From: Candidatus Zipacnadia bacterium
GTDB lineage: Bacteria > Armatimonadota > Zipacnadia > Zipacnadales > UBA5352
Direction: 5' to 3'
NCBI GenBank assembly: GCA_029820295.1
Contig: JALGVA010000001.1
Coordinates: forward strand, 51,476 to 115,475
Length of the DNA: 64,000 nucleotides
Within the stretch, counting starts at the first letter, position 1, and every line of letters starts with the position of its first letter. Made by a program: the position numbers and the translations under genes. Below, one piece after another: positions 28,258 to 38,960 of this stretch. Below the pieces are notes generated by a model. The model saw only the letters and a list, made by a program, of their open reading frames with translations, had not been told where the DNA came from and ran no database searches.

Positions 28258-31200
28258 TCAGCCCGCCGGCAGCACGACCGTGTTGTTGCCCTCGCAAAGC
28301 TCGGCCACCTCGCCGGCCGGATCGACGTGCACGGTGAACTGCCGCCCGCGCCGGTCGGCCGGCACCGTGAATTGCAGCTCCACCGTCCGCGGCACGCAGT
28401 CCAGCGGCGCCTCCAGCGGCCCGGCGGTCGCGGTCAGGTCGGGCCCGCCGTCATCGCCGCTGACCGTCACCGTGAACTCAGGCGCACTCCCGCCGCCCAC
28501 GTTGTGCACCACCACCGTGATCTCCCCGGCGTCCGCGGCGATCACCGTGTCTTCGGCGCAGATCGCCAGGTCGGGCCGCGCGTAGTAGTCCTCACCGTCG
28601 GCCGCGACCTGCTCCACCTGCAGCGCCACCATCCGCCCGACCGGCAGCTCCATCGCGATGGTCGAGCCCTTGGCCAGCTCAACTTGCTCCTCATGCGTGA
28701 CGCTGTCGGGGACGCCATCCTCGTCGGCGTCCGGGCCCGTGGTCACGGTGTACGTGCCCGGCTCGAGTCGCCAGAACTGCACCGCCCCGCGTTGGGGCTC
28801 ATCCGCGAAATTCCAGGCCATGAGCCGCAGACTGTGCCCGTCGCTCGCGAGCACCCACGCCGCGAACTCCGGCGAGAAGCCGCGCCAGGAGATGGCGTGC
28901 GTCGGGTAGATGAAGCTGCGGTAGCCCGGCTGCCCGCCCAGGTACATGCGATCGACCAGGTCCTTGGAGATGGCCACGCGGTCGGCCGACTGCTCGATCC
29001 ACGTATGCATCGGGAAGAGCAGCTCGATGCGCTCCCACGAGTCGCGCAGCGCCGCCAGCACGCGCTCGCGGTCACCGGTCAGCCGCCATGCCGCGTAGTC
29101 GATCTGCGTGCGCGGGTCGTTGCCCATCTGCGGGTTCAGGCTCGCGTAGCTCTGCTCGGCGGCCCTCTGCACGATCCAGTCGCGATCCGCCGACAGGTCG
29201 GTGCGCGCCGCCAGCTCCGGCAGCATCGGCGGGTTGACGGTCCGGCGCATCAGCCACAGGCGCTCAGGCAGCCAGTAGCGCTCGTCGCCGGTCCACTCGG
29301 CCAGCGCCAGGAACATCGTGGCGGAGCCGTAGCCGCGCAGATAGCTGGTGTGCCCGACCACCTCGCGGTCCTCGAAGCGCACCGCGTTCGGCAGCACCCT
29401 CTGCCCCGTGAAGGGCCCGTCCAGCTCGGCCAGCGCCTGCTCGACCAGGTCGAGCCAGGCGTCACCGTAGTCCTGCACGAGCCCGGTCGCATAGGGGTTG
29501 CGGCTCTGCCATCCGAGGATCAGCGCGGGGTGGAGCATGAGCGTGCTGGACAGGATGTCCCGATCATAGGGCGGCTCGGTGATTACCCGCGTGGCGCCGT
29601 AGAGCGTCGAGCGGAAGTGCCGGAAGCCGCCGGTGATGCCGGTGAGGCGCTCCCGCACGGTGCGGGTGGCGAGCATCAGGCGCTCGAGATACACCGGGTT
29701 GCCGTAGTACAGGTCGGCCTCGCGGCAGATGGCGTTGACGCCCTCCTCGTAGGCGTGCAGCGGGTCGGTCTGCCGGGCGTTGATGCCATCCTCCAGCTTG
29801 CCGGTGTCCCAGCAGAACTCGGCGATGCGCCGCACCGAGTCGGCGATGCGCCCGTCCGGGTCGCTGATGTTGGCCAGCGACACCCAGTCATTGATCAGGT
29901 CGGTGTCGTCGCCGTAGTTGTGCCCGAACTCCCCGTTGGGCGCCTGGCGGTGATCGATCCACCAGTAGACGAAGTCCAGGTAGCGGCGCAGCGCCGCCTG
30001 TTGGTAGACCGCCCACTCGGGCGCCCCCTCGGTGGCGGGCGGCTGCAGACCGGACCGGTCCACCGGCTCATCCGGGTGCGTCCAGATGTGCACGGCGCGC
30101 GCGTAGGGGTCGTCGGGGAAGCGCGTGTGCAGGTCCGTCAGCGCGCGATCCAGCTCGCGGAACACGCCCACGCGCTCGCCCAGGTCGGCCATCGACGTGC
30201 GCCCCCACGGCCTCGGCTCGGAGACGTCAATGAAGCGGTCCTTCACGAAGGCGAGCCGGTCGTGGCGGTACTGCTCGGCGAGCACCTCGGGGGACTCGAG
30301 CAGCAGCTCGAAGCGCGACTGGCGCTCGCCGCCGTCGAAGACCAGCTCGGCGTCCGCACCGGCCATGAGCCGCACCCACAGCGGCCGCCCGGCGGGAATG
30401 ACGGTGTCGGGCACGTCCAGCGTCAGGTCCAGGCGGCGGATGCCCGTCCAGTCGCCGGCGGTGCGCACCTCGAAGTCGGCGATCTGCCGTGTGGGGATCA
30501 ATGGGTCCGCGACGTAGGCCCACAGCACCGTGCCCGCGGGCAGGTCGCGGAAGTACAGCACGACGCGCAGCCCCCCCAGCGCCCGGTCCTGGTCGGCGGC
30601 GGGCAGCATGAAGTGCCGGAACTGCAGGGCCGGCAGCATGAAGCTGCGCGCGTCCGGCGCGGGCTGCGCCGAGCAATTCAGCGCCACGCGGTCATACGTC
30701 TCGTACTTGCTGAGCATGATGCCGCCGATCTCCGACGACCAGTCGCTCCACGGCTCGGCGCCGATCGGCCATGCCTCGGCGCGGCCGGGCAGGTCGCCGG
30801 CGTCCGCGCGGCCGGTCTCGTAGAAGCCGATCTCCCGGATCAGCGAGCGCGGCGCCTCCTCGCCGCCTTCCTCCGCGGGCGGCCGCGGTGCGTCGAAGAA
30901 GGTCATCTCAGTCTCGGTCATCGCCCCCTCGAAGCCGCGCGCGAACAGCGGCCCGTCGGACTCGATCGGCATCCACGCCTCGCCCTGCGGCTCGAAGATC
31001 TGCTCGCCGTGGTAGAGCTGCCCGCGCACCGGCCCGCAGATGCGCAGGTAGTCCCAGCGCGCATCCCGGTCGAGGCGCAGGATCAGCCCACCCTCGTCCT
31101 GGAACGAGTAGCCATGGTAGGTGAGCGGCCAGCGCGTCTCGCGGTCGCCATCGCTGACCTTCCAGGCCTGGGCGTAGATCGCACGCGCGTCCTCGAGGCC

Positions 31201-32106
31201 CGCCCGGCGCACCAGGAGCGTCTCATCGCCGGATGCAGGCTCGATGGTGAGCATCCCCGGGCATGTGGCCCACCCCAGGAACTCCGCGCGGTGGGCCGCG
31301 ATCTCGGGCGTGAACTGCGTCGGCAGCGCGGGCAGCTCGCCGGCGCCCTGGTAGACCGCGCGCACCTCCTCGTCAGTGAGCGCGCGCGAGAAGATGCGCA
31401 GCTCGTCGAAGTCGAAGGGCCGCTCGGTGCCGCCCCAGTGGTTCCAGCTCCCGATCATGATCCGGTCGGGCTCGAGGTGCTCGGTTTGCCAGGAGAGCGG
31501 CTCCTGCGTACGGGTGCGTTCGCCGTCACGATAGAGCCGGAAGCCCCGCGTCTCGTCCCAGGTGATGGCGAGGTGATACCACCTGTCGGCCTCCCACGCC
31601 CCCGCCTCCCAGTCATAGCTCGTGCCGAAGGGCCCGCCGATGAGCACGTCGCCGTAGCGTCCGCGCACTCCCAGGAGCAGCCCCGCACGCCCGGTCGGGA
31701 CGATCGAGAACAGGGAGTGATGGACCTCACCCGGCGGCATCGCCAGGCGCAGCCAGAAGGCGACCGTGCCGCGGCGCATGTTGATGTTGCCGTCGGCGCG
31801 GTAGCGGTGCGATTGCCCGGCGTCCAGGTGCAGCGCCTGACCGACTACGCCCTCGGTGCTCGTCCCGCGGTAGCCCGCAACGTCCTTGGTGATGCCGCGA
31901 TCGTACACCAGCGGGGAGAACGCCGCCGACCCGCGCGCCAGCTCGGCCTCCATGCCCGACGCGTAGTCCTCGCTCCAGCCGTCGTCGAAGCTCGCGTGCA
32001 GGATCTCCGCGGCGTCGGCAGGCGGCTCGATCACCAGCGGGTGGAAGTCCTGAGCCGCGGCGGGCAGGGACGCTGTCAGTGCGATGAGCATCAGCTGACT
32101 GCGCAT
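28258..32106 (-). CDS. secreted 1282-aa protein with N-terminal LamG/concanavalin-like domain and (alpha/alpha)-barrel-like glycoside hydrolase-like body
   Basis: Signal peptide MRSQLMLIALTASLPAAAQ; LamG-like block (AFWLRLAMPP...RWYHLAITWD...LRIFSRALTDEEV); strong AAGGAGG RBS 9 nt upstream. Confidence 0.5.
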   Translation of the reverse strand: MRSQLMLIALTASLPAAAQDFHPLVIEPPADAAEILHASFDDGWSEDYASGMEAELARGSAAFSPLVYDRGITKDVAGYRGTSTEGVVGQALHLDAGQSHRYRADGNINMRRGTVAFWLRLAMPPGEVHHSLFSIVPTGRAGLLLGVRGRYGDVLIGGPFGTSYDWEAGAWEADRWYHLAITWDETRGFRLYRDGERTRTQEPLSWQTEHLEPDRIMIGSWNHWGGTERPFDFDELRIFSRALTDEEVRAVYQGAGELPALPTQFTPEIAAHRAEFLGWATCPGMLTIEPASGDETLLVRRAGLEDARAIYAQAWKVSDGDRETRWPLTYHGYSFQDEGGLILRLDRDARWDYLRICGPVRGQLYHGEQIFEPQGEAWMPIESDGPLFARGFEGAMTETEMTFFDAPRPPAEEGGEEAPRSLIREIGFYETGRADAGDLPGRAEAWPIGAEPWSDWSSEIGGIMLSKYETYDRVALNCSAQPAPDARSFMLPALQFRHFMLPAADQDRALGGLRVVLYFRDLPAGTVLWAYVADPLIPTRQIADFEVRTAGDWTGIRRLDLTLDVPDTVIPAGRPLWVRLMAGADAELVFDGGERQSRFELLLESPEVLAEQYRHDRLAFVKDRFIDVSEPRPWGRTSMADLGERVGVFRELDRALTDLHTRFPDDPYARAVHIWTHPDEPVDRSGLQPPATEGAPEWAVYQQAALRRYLDFVYWWIDHRQAPNGEFGHNYGDDTDLINDWVSLANISDPDGRIADSVRRIAEFCWDTGKLEDGINARQTDPLHAYEEGVNAICREADLYYGNPVYLERLMLATRTVRERLTGITGGFRHFRSTLYGATRVITEPPYDRDILSSTLMLHPALILGWQSRNPYATGLVQDYGDAWLDLVEQALAELDGPFTGQRVLPNAVRFEDREVVGHTSYLRGYGSATMFLALAEWTGDERYWLPERLWLMRRTVNPPMLPELAARTDLSADRDWIVQRAAEQSYASLNPQMGNDPRTQIDYAAWRLTGDRERVLAALRDSWERIELLFPMHTWIEQSADRVAISKDLVDRMYLGGQPGYRSFIYPTHAISWRGFSPEFAAWVLASDGHSLRLMAWNFADEPQRGAVQFWRLEPGTYTVTTGPDADEDGVPDSVTHEEQVELAKGSTIAMELPVGRMVALQVEQVAADGEDYYARPDLAICAEDTVIAADAGEITVVVHNVGGGSAPEFTVTVSGDDGGPDLTATAGPLEAPLDCVPRTVELQFTVPADRRGRQFTVHVDPAGEVAELCEGNNTVVLPAG

Positions 32107-32157
32107 GGCGATTGCCTCCTTCGTGTCGAGACTACGCTGCGTGCGGCGGCCGGGGAC

Positions 32158-33285
32158 CTACGCCGACCGGAGCCGGTCAAGCAGGTAGCGGAAGTGGTCG
32201 TAGGGCACATCCTGCGGCACCGAGTGGTCCACGGCCGGGAAGTAGCGCCCCGCGCCCACCAGCCGCCGCACCTTCGCCACCTCCGCGTCGATGGCATCCC
32301 GCCCGGCGATCAGCGCCCGCTTGTCGATGTTGCCCGCCAGCACCACGCGCTCGCCGTACTCGCGCCTGAGCGCCTCCGCGTCCACACCCGCCGCCACCTC
32401 CAGCGGCGAGAAGCCGTTGATCCCGACCTCCAGCCACAGCGGGATCAGCTCGGAGATGTCGCCATCGCTGTCCACGAAGATCGTCTCGATCCCGTGTGAG
32501 CGCATCGCCTCGCACAACCGCACGTAGCGCGGCTGCAGGAACCGGCGGAACATCTCCGGCGACAGGAAGGCCCGGCCCTTGTAGGCGATGTCCTCGCCGA
32601 AGGAAGCGTAGTCGAAGGTGAACCCCTGCGCCAGATAGCGCATCGCCAGCTCGAGGAAGAACCACTCCAGGTACTCGAGCATCTCCTCGACCAGCGCCGG
32701 GTTGTCGTAGAACATGAGGCACAGGCCCTCGGTCCCGACCCAGCGCTGCAGCGTGTGCCCGAAGAAGCTCCCGGGCGCCAGGCCCATGGGCACGTCCCGC
32801 GCCTCCCACGACCGCCGCGCCGCCGCCGGGTCGGCCGGGTAGCGTCCGGGCGTCTCCGGGTCCAGCCGCTCACGCAGCCGCAGCCAGTCCTCTCTGCTCT
32901 TGATCGGGTAATCCAGCCACTGCGGCATCTTGGACCTGGTCTCGCGCTTGAACACCCGCTGGACGACCCCGAAGCCGTCGCGGAAGGTGCGCGTCTCCTC
33001 GTCTTCGGTCAGCGTCTCCTCCGGGAAGGGGGGCAGCAGCGAGTACGGGGCGCCGCCGGTCATGGCCACCGGCTGCAGACCGAAGACGGTGGCCAGGTCC
33101 GCGTCCGGCGGCAGGCCCTCGCCACGCCAGCGCTGCAGCGTCTCATCCATGAACCAGGCGTAGTTGAGATTGAGGGGCAGGAACATGTCGCCGCGCAGCT
33201 CGCCGCGAGCGATGGCGCGGAAGCGTTCGCGGTTCGTCACAGCGGGATCCCCTCCAGACGGAAGCGGCCGCTCGGGCCGCGTCAC
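32158..33285 (-). CDS. uroporphyrinogen decarboxylase (URO-D)-like family protein, paralogue A
   Basis: Overall URO-D/MtaA-like (beta/alpha)8 pattern (ERFRAIARGE...DRxP; FGEDIAYKGRAFLSPEMFRRFLQPRYVRLCEAMRSHGIETIFVDSDG...VVLAGNID). GTG start, no clear RBS. Lacks the H-x-C-G motif seen in paralogue B. Confidence 0.5.
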   Translation of the reverse strand: MTRPERPLPSGGDPAVTNRERFRAIARGELRGDMFLPLNLNYAWFMDETLQRWRGEGLPPDADLATVFGLQPVAMTGGAPYSLLPPFPEETLTEDEETRTFRDGFGVVQRVFKRETRSKMPQWLDYPIKSREDWLRLRERLDPETPGRYPADPAAARRSWEARDVPMGLAPGSFFGHTLQRWVGTEGLCLMFYDNPALVEEMLEYLEWFFLELAMRYLAQGFTFDYASFGEDIAYKGRAFLSPEMFRRFLQPRYVRLCEAMRSHGIETIFVDSDGDISELIPLWLEVGINGFSPLEVAAGVDAEALRREYGERVVLAGNIDKRALIAGRDAIDAEVAKVRRLVGAGRYFPAVDHSVPQDVPYDHFRYLLDRLRSA

Positions 33286-33449
33286 GCGGGCACGGGCGTC
33301 AGTTCTGGAAGCCGGGCCTCAACGCGTCCTGGTGGATGAAGCCGGTATCGGGATAGCTCTGCCACAGGGCCTTGCGCCTGCCGCCGGTGCGGTCGTAGTA
33401 CTCCTCGGTCGTCTCCCCGATGCACACCTCGATCAGGCGCTGATTGGCG

Positions 33450-33833
33450 TCAGACCAGCATGAGCGTGCCCTTGCGGTAGTACTCGAAGTACCGGGCGCG
33501 CTCGACGTTGTCCACCTGGGTCTCGCGCACGCTGCCCGGGTTCTCGTGCGCGCCGCGGGCCTTGCCCAGCAGCGCGTGCACCTGGTCGGGGCTCATGCCC
33601 GGCCGCAGTTGGTTGATCTGAGCGGCGCCGATGTCCGGCGTCTGTGTGGTGTGCTGCATGACGTGGCGGAAGCCCCAGTAGGCGGCGCCGCCGAAGATGC
33701 CGATGATGAGCGTCCTGATGAAGGACCAGATGCCCGCCAGGGCGTCGCTGCGCGCGCGCACCCGCGGGACACTGCGCCTGTGCCGACCGGCCGATGACGA
33801 GGGCGCTCTCGAGCCGCCGGGCCTGCGCGTCAT
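33450..33833 (-). CDS. small membrane-anchored BamE/SmpA-OmlA-like domain protein
   Basis: Start MTRRPGG at 33833 with strong GGAAGGAGGAG RBS (the ORF-track start 33971 is upstream of this RBS); TM helix GIWSFIRTLIIGIFGGAAYWGF; motif GMSPDQVHALLGKARG typical of SmpA/OmlA (BamE) domains. Confidence 0.5.
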   Translation of the reverse strand: MTRRPGGSRAPSSSAGRHRRSVPRVRARSDALAGIWSFIRTLIIGIFGGAAYWGFRHVMQHTTQTPDIGAAQINQLRPGMSPDQVHALLGKARGAHENPGSVRETQVDNVERARYFEYYRKGTLMLV

Positions 33834-33957
33834 CGCGATCTCCTCCTTCCCCCGCGCCCGAATGGAACCCCGGGGGCCCGTTGCCGCGATGTGGCGATCC
33901 ATCACAGCCCCCGCCGCACGGAGTATACGCCTTCTGCGGCCGGCACTCCACTGCGGG

Positions 33958-35100
33958 TCAGGAGAGGGCAACCGGAGCGCCGCCGGCCTCGCGGCAGCAG
34001 TCCACCACGAATCGCATCTGCTCGACCGTCCGGTGCGGGTAGCCGGCCACGCTGAGGATGAAGTGATCCCACGGTCGGGCCTCGTCGATCATCCGCTTGA
34101 TGCTCGCACGCACCGCCGCCGGGTCATCGATGGGACCGGCAAGCTGCTGCACCCCGGCCACGATGGTGATTCGATCTCCCAGCACCCGCCGACCCTCGCC
34201 CACGGTCACATCGCCGACGGGCGGGATCGTGAAGGCGTGGACGCCATCCATGCACGTCCGCCGATACAGCGGCAGCAGATCGCGGATCAGCCCGCAGGAG
34301 TGATGGAAGTAGAACTTGCCCGCGTCGTGGGCCGCACGGGCGCGCTCATTGGTGAGGTCGATGTTGCACGCCTCGAACATCGCCGGCGAGATGGCGGTGG
34401 TCGAGGTGTCATCGACGCTGACCACCACATCGATCCCGGACTGCGCGCCGATGGCCAGGCGCTGCCGGTAGTTGCGCTCCATGACCGCGAACAGATCGCG
34501 CAGCGCGTCCCGGGCGTCCGCCCACAGATAGGCCAGCGTCGCGACACCGGAGTAAACCCGGAACATCATCCCCAGCGGCGTGCCCGGCATCGATCCCAGC
34601 AGCAGGCCGTCATCCCCGATCAGCTCGCATCGCCGTTGCGTGCGCTCGACGCCCTCCGGGTCCGGCTCTATGACCTCATCCTCGAAGATCGCGGCCAGGA
34701 TCGGCAGGTCGTCCGCGCTCTTGATCGGGTGCTCGGTCCAGTTGCTGGAGACCGCCCCGGAGGCGTCGCGGCAGACCCGGATGGTCTCGTGCAGCTCGCC
34801 TGCGGGAGTGCGCCACACGCGCGTGCGCTCCACGCCCTCCACGCGCTCCTCGACCGTCACCTCGCGCCGGGTGACGCGCACCGGCATCCCGTGCCAGTCC
34901 ATGATGTCGAGGCCGAGGTAACGGGACAGCGTCACCGTTGCCTCGCCACCCCAGCGCACCTCGCCGAGCGCCTCCGCCAGCTCCGGGTCCATCCCCTCGC
35001 GGCTCGGCTGGTTGTACGGGTCGCAGTGGCCTGTGAGCGGCAGCCACTCGGGTATCTCATGGCGCAGAACCCGCAGCAGATTCTCGCGTGGTGTCGTCAT
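33958..35100 (-). CDS. uroporphyrinogen decarboxylase (URO-D)/MtaA-like family protein, paralogue B
   Basis: URO-D-like pattern (ISPAMFEACNIDLTNERARAAHDAGKFYFHHSCGLIRDLLPLY...ITIVAGVQ); contains H-x-C-G (HHSCG) as in Zn-dependent MtaA/CmuA-type alkyltransferases. Confidence 0.5.
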   Translation of the reverse strand: MTTPRENLLRVLRHEIPEWLPLTGHCDPYNQPSREGMDPELAEALGEVRWGGEATVTLSRYLGLDIMDWHGMPVRVTRREVTVEERVEGVERTRVWRTPAGELHETIRVCRDASGAVSSNWTEHPIKSADDLPILAAIFEDEVIEPDPEGVERTQRRCELIGDDGLLLGSMPGTPLGMMFRVYSGVATLAYLWADARDALRDLFAVMERNYRQRLAIGAQSGIDVVVSVDDTSTTAISPAMFEACNIDLTNERARAAHDAGKFYFHHSCGLIRDLLPLYRRTCMDGVHAFTIPPVGDVTVGEGRRVLGDRITIVAGVQQLAGPIDDPAAVRASIKRMIDEARPWDHFILSVAGYPHRTVEQMRFVVDCCREAGGAPVALS

Positions 35101-35184
35101 CGCTCTCGTTGCGTCGAGTGCCTCGTGACCCCGCGACAGCCGTCGGATGGCGCACCGGGGCGTGCATCGCCCCGCACGCTGTCG

Positions 35185-37605
35185 TCAGCGCACCCGCGAC
35201 ACCAGCCACACGCGCTTCCAGATGCCCCCGCCGCCACTGCGGTCCTCCACTCGGACCGTGAAGCGCTGCTTGTCCATGTCCGGATCGAGGAAGGGATCGA
35301 TGCGGATCTCGAAGGGCGTCGCCCAGTCGTCGGGCTCCTCGAACAGGTGCTCCCCGGCGAGCTGCCCGTTCACGTACACCCGGCACGACTCATCCACGGC
35401 GCCGAAGTACAGGTAGATCTCCCGGCCCTCGAACTCCGTCGGCATCGACTGCGCGGTCGCGTACCAACCGATGCCATCGTAGTCCTTGAGCTGCGCGCGC
35501 AGCTCGTCCGAGGGGTAGGTCTCCCCGTCGTACGGGTTCTCCCAGTGGAAGTCGGTGCGCATCAGCTCCCAGTCGGTCATCTGCTCAAGGGTCAGCTCCT
35601 GCCATCTCTGCTCCAGACCCACTTCATCGGGGTCGAGCTTGAAGCGCCACGCCAGCGCCGTCGGCACCCACGGGAGCGGGTAGTCCTTGAGCCGCTCGGC
35701 GGTCTTCAGGCCGGTGATGTCCCCGAAGCGCGTCTCGTTGGCGAACAGGCCCAGCCAGGAGAACGGCAGGTCGTCGCGATATTCGGTGCGGAACTCAAGC
35801 AGCGCCCGGGAGTGCTCGAACTTCGCGATGCCCCCGGTGGCGATGGCCGCGAAGGTCAGGCGGGCGTGCCGGTTGGCCAGGATGAGCTGGTCGAGCTGCG
35901 CGCGCTGGCTCGGCTGCAGCTCGTGGGCGGCGGCCTCCTGCAGGATCGCGTCGGTGCGGTCGAAGTCCTCCGCGCGGTAGTAGTCGCCCAGCGACCACAT
36001 CAGCCCGCGCGCGAAGTTGTGGTACTTGCCTCGGGTGACGATCTCATCCAGGTCCGGGAGCAGCCGCCCCTCCCACAGCTCCTCGCGCCAGTAGCGGAAG
36101 TAGCGCTTCACGTCCTCCGCCGCCGCGCCGAACCCCGCGCAGTAGTGGTCCTCCCAGTACTCGAACGGCTTCTCCGGGTCGGACATGGCCCTGGCGAGGA
36201 TATAGTCGGCCATGCCGCACACCGGCCACATGCCGGTCAGCGAGTCGTAGTCGGCGACCACGGCCCCGTGGCGTATGGCCAGTTGCAGCACCTCGAACAT
36301 CTGCCGCTCCGCGCCGATGGGGATGGCGGTGGAGTGGTAGTACAGCGGCAGGTTGGGCCGGTGGAAGAGCTTCGTCGCCCCCGCCGCGGACCAGCCGCCG
36401 TAGAGCTGCTCCAGCTCCTCCAGGTCCACGGTCGTGGGCACGATCCCGACGACCACGTTCGGCTCGACCCGCTCGCGGCGCGGCGGCTGCTCCGCCGCGT
36501 TGTAGGCGTACATGACCGCCCCGGCCTCGGGGTCGTGCTCCCGCGCCAGGCGCGCCACCGCGTTGGTCAGATGCACGTAGCGGTCGCTGAGGTGATCGCC
36601 GAACTCCTCTCCTGCGCGGGGCACGTCGAGCGCCATGCACTGCTCGCAGCGGCAGAAGCCCCAGTCGAGATCGTTCTCGCAGACGTTGATCCACGGGCTG
36701 CGCATGCCGCCCTCGACCCAGTCGGCCACGATCTGCTCGGCCACCGCCGGGTTGCTCACGCACAGCTTGACCGTCTGCCGCTCCTGGTCGGTGAAGGCCG
36801 GCGTGGCGCTCTCCGGCCGGGCCAGCGGCTCCGGACCGCGATAGCCCCATACGTTGAGCGCGAAATACTCAGGATGGGTCTCACCGTACCTGTCCCACCA
36901 GTCGGTGAAGGCATGGCCGTAGCTGATCGACGAGTGGCCGCCCATGCGCATCCGCCGGCGCCAGTCGAGCACATCATTGGCGTACTGATCGTGCTCCTCA
37001 GGGGTGCGGGCGAAGCTCCAGAACTCGTCGATGTACTCCTTGCGCTGGGGGTACCGGCCCACGCGCGCCCCCACCCGGATGCCCCGCTGCTCCAGCACCG
37101 GCGCCCAACTGAAGGCGCCCGGCGTGAGGGTGAGCGGGCTCTGCTGCTCGTACGTGATGCCTCGATCGCCCGGCATGAGCCAGCGCACGCCGAGCTGATC
37201 CTCGAGGAAGGCATACACCGCGAACTGCGAGCCCAGGTGGCGCTCGTCATCGCCGAAGAGCCAGGTGGCCTCGGGCGTGATGGCCCAGCGCGCCTCCTCC
37301 GGCGCCGGCGGGCGGCTGTCACCCGGGGCCGGAGTGCCGATGTAGAAGCGGTAGCCGCCGGCCTCGTCGGCGGCGATGATCGGCACCTCCACCCCGGCTA
37401 TGAGCGCGAGGTGCTTCTGCAGCTCCTCGGCGGCAACGGTGTGGACTCGCTCGGGGGCCTCCGGCAGCACGATGGCGCACTCCTGCGGATCGACCGTGAT
37501 CTGCGGCTGCGCCACGGCCAACCCGGAAGCGCAGGCCAGTGCAGCCGCCACTGCGACAGTGACGAGTCGAGCTGCGCATGGTGCGCGAGCGTTCCTGATG
37601 CTCAT
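35185..37605 (-). CDS. secreted glycoside hydrolase-like protein (DUF4838-like) with C-terminal galactose-binding-like jelly-roll domain
   Basis: Start MSIRNARAPCAARLVTVAVAAALACASGLAVA|QP at 37605 (signal peptide; ORF-track start 37710 is 35 residues upstream); C-terminal block EFEGREIYLYFGAVDESCRVYVNGQLAGEH resembles the GH2 N-terminal sugar-binding jelly roll. Confidence 0.5.
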   Translation of the reverse strand: MSIRNARAPCAARLVTVAVAAALACASGLAVAQPQITVDPQECAIVLPEAPERVHTVAAEELQKHLALIAGVEVPIIAADEAGGYRFYIGTPAPGDSRPPAPEEARWAITPEATWLFGDDERHLGSQFAVYAFLEDQLGVRWLMPGDRGITYEQQSPLTLTPGAFSWAPVLEQRGIRVGARVGRYPQRKEYIDEFWSFARTPEEHDQYANDVLDWRRRMRMGGHSSISYGHAFTDWWDRYGETHPEYFALNVWGYRGPEPLARPESATPAFTDQERQTVKLCVSNPAVAEQIVADWVEGGMRSPWINVCENDLDWGFCRCEQCMALDVPRAGEEFGDHLSDRYVHLTNAVARLAREHDPEAGAVMYAYNAAEQPPRRERVEPNVVVGIVPTTVDLEELEQLYGGWSAAGATKLFHRPNLPLYYHSTAIPIGAERQMFEVLQLAIRHGAVVADYDSLTGMWPVCGMADYILARAMSDPEKPFEYWEDHYCAGFGAAAEDVKRYFRYWREELWEGRLLPDLDEIVTRGKYHNFARGLMWSLGDYYRAEDFDRTDAILQEAAAHELQPSQRAQLDQLILANRHARLTFAAIATGGIAKFEHSRALLEFRTEYRDDLPFSWLGLFANETRFGDITGLKTAERLKDYPLPWVPTALAWRFKLDPDEVGLEQRWQELTLEQMTDWELMRTDFHWENPYDGETYPSDELRAQLKDYDGIGWYATAQSMPTEFEGREIYLYFGAVDESCRVYVNGQLAGEHLFEEPDDWATPFEIRIDPFLDPDMDKQRFTVRVEDRSGGGGIWKRVWLVSRVR

Positions 37606-37657
37606 CTTCCGCTCCCTGCCCTGGCTCTTTCGTAGTGGCGACGCGGCCTCGTGGCAC

Positions 37658-38707
37658 TCAACCGGCAAACGTGCCCAGACCCAGTCCCCGCAGGTCGGCC
37701 AGTTGCCCATTCTCCTCGGCCTCGTAGAGCTTCCAGATGACCTGCAGCCCCTCCAGCGAGCCGACCGCGTCGGTCAGCGGCTTGCGGCCGGTGCGGATAC
37801 ACTCGATGAAGTGCGCCATCTCGACCTCAGTCGGCTTGGCCTGCTGCACCTCCATCAGCGTGTCCACGGCCTGCACCGGGGGCCGGCCGGGCTCGTGTGC
37901 CTCCTGGCGATGGTGCACGATAAGCTTGCCCTCGCTGATCGCGGCCTCGATCATCCCGCCCGTGCAGTGGGCGTGGAAGGAGTACTTAAGCCGGCTGCCG
38001 CGCGCACCCCACGTGCCCATATGGTAACCCAGGACTCCGCCCTCGAACTCGATGGTGACATTGCTGGTGCCCTCGCGCTCCATCCACGGGGTGCCGGTGT
38101 TGGTGCCGAAATGCGTCCCGCACACCGGCCGGCCCAGCATCCACAGCAGCAGGTCGATGTAGTGGCAGCCGTGGCTGAAGAGCTGGCCGCCACCGAGCGT
38201 CGCCGCGCTGCTCCCCCAGTGGTCGGGCGGGTACTGCGTGAGCTGCTCGGTCCACATGGAGAGCTGGAAGACGTCGCCGTAGGTCCGGTCGTCGATCAGC
38301 TCCTTCATCTTCACCACCAGCGGGTGGAAGCGCATGCAGTAGGCCACCATGAGCACGCGGTCGGCCTCCCGCGCCGCGCGGATCATGTCGAGGCACTCCT
38401 GCTCGCTGTTGGCCATGGGCTTCTCCACCAGCACGTGCTTGCCCGCGGCCAGGCAGTCGAGCGTCGCGGAGTGGTGCAGATGATGCGGCAGCACCAGCAG
38501 CGCCGCGTCGATCTCATCCAGCACGTCGTGGTAGTCGGTGGCCACGATCGGCTCGCCGGGCAGCAGGTCCGCGACCGCCTGCGCGCGCTCCTCGAGGACA
38601 TCCACCACGGCTCGCACCTCGACCTGATCGAGGATCATATCGAAACGACCGGCATGGCTCCGCGCCATGCCCCCGCAGCCGACGATGGCGATGCGTACCT
38701 TGTCCAT
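37658..38707 (-). CDS. Gfo/Idh/MocA family NAD(P)-dependent oxidoreductase
   Basis: Start MDKVRIAIVGCGGMARSH (Rossmann GxGxxG) at 38707 with GGGAG RBS; EKP motif (VLVEKPMANS). The ORF-track 94-residue N-terminal extension is Arg/Pro-rich. Confidence 0.8.
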   Translation of the reverse strand: MDKVRIAIVGCGGMARSHAGRFDMILDQVEVRAVVDVLEERAQAVADLLPGEPIVATDYHDVLDEIDAALLVLPHHLHHSATLDCLAAGKHVLVEKPMANSEQECLDMIRAAREADRVLMVAYCMRFHPLVVKMKELIDDRTYGDVFQLSMWTEQLTQYPPDHWGSSAATLGGGQLFSHGCHYIDLLLWMLGRPVCGTHFGTNTGTPWMEREGTSNVTIEFEGGVLGYHMGTWGARGSRLKYSFHAHCTGGMIEAAISEGKLIVHHRQEAHEPGRPPVQAVDTLMEVQQAKPTEVEMAHFIECIRTGRKPLTDAVGSLEGLQVIWKLYEAEENGQLADLRGLGLGTFAG

Positions 38708-38960
38708 GGCCCTACTCCCGCGAGTTAGTTGTGCTGCTGCTGTCGGCGCCGGCCGTCGCGATCCGCCCCACAGTCCGCGGACCGGCGACCACATACGAGG
38801 CCAATTCGCCGGATTCCGGGCCATACCTGCGACGTGCGGCGCCGCGAGCGGGAAGGAAGGTCGCCTCGCCCGCGGCGAATACACTGAGCGTGCGACGGCC
38901 GGACGCCGCGATCTCGATGCGGCGCCGCCCAACCATACGGGCCGCGAGGGACGGCGCGCC

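Noticed and set aside
25857-37635. Giant plus-strand ORFs 25857-28337, 27700-32499 (1599 aa) and 33697-37635 (1312 aa)
   Set aside because: They run antisense through several distinct, well-supported minus-strand genes including their intergenic gaps. This is only possible for non-coding shadow frames lacking stop codons in high-GC DNA.
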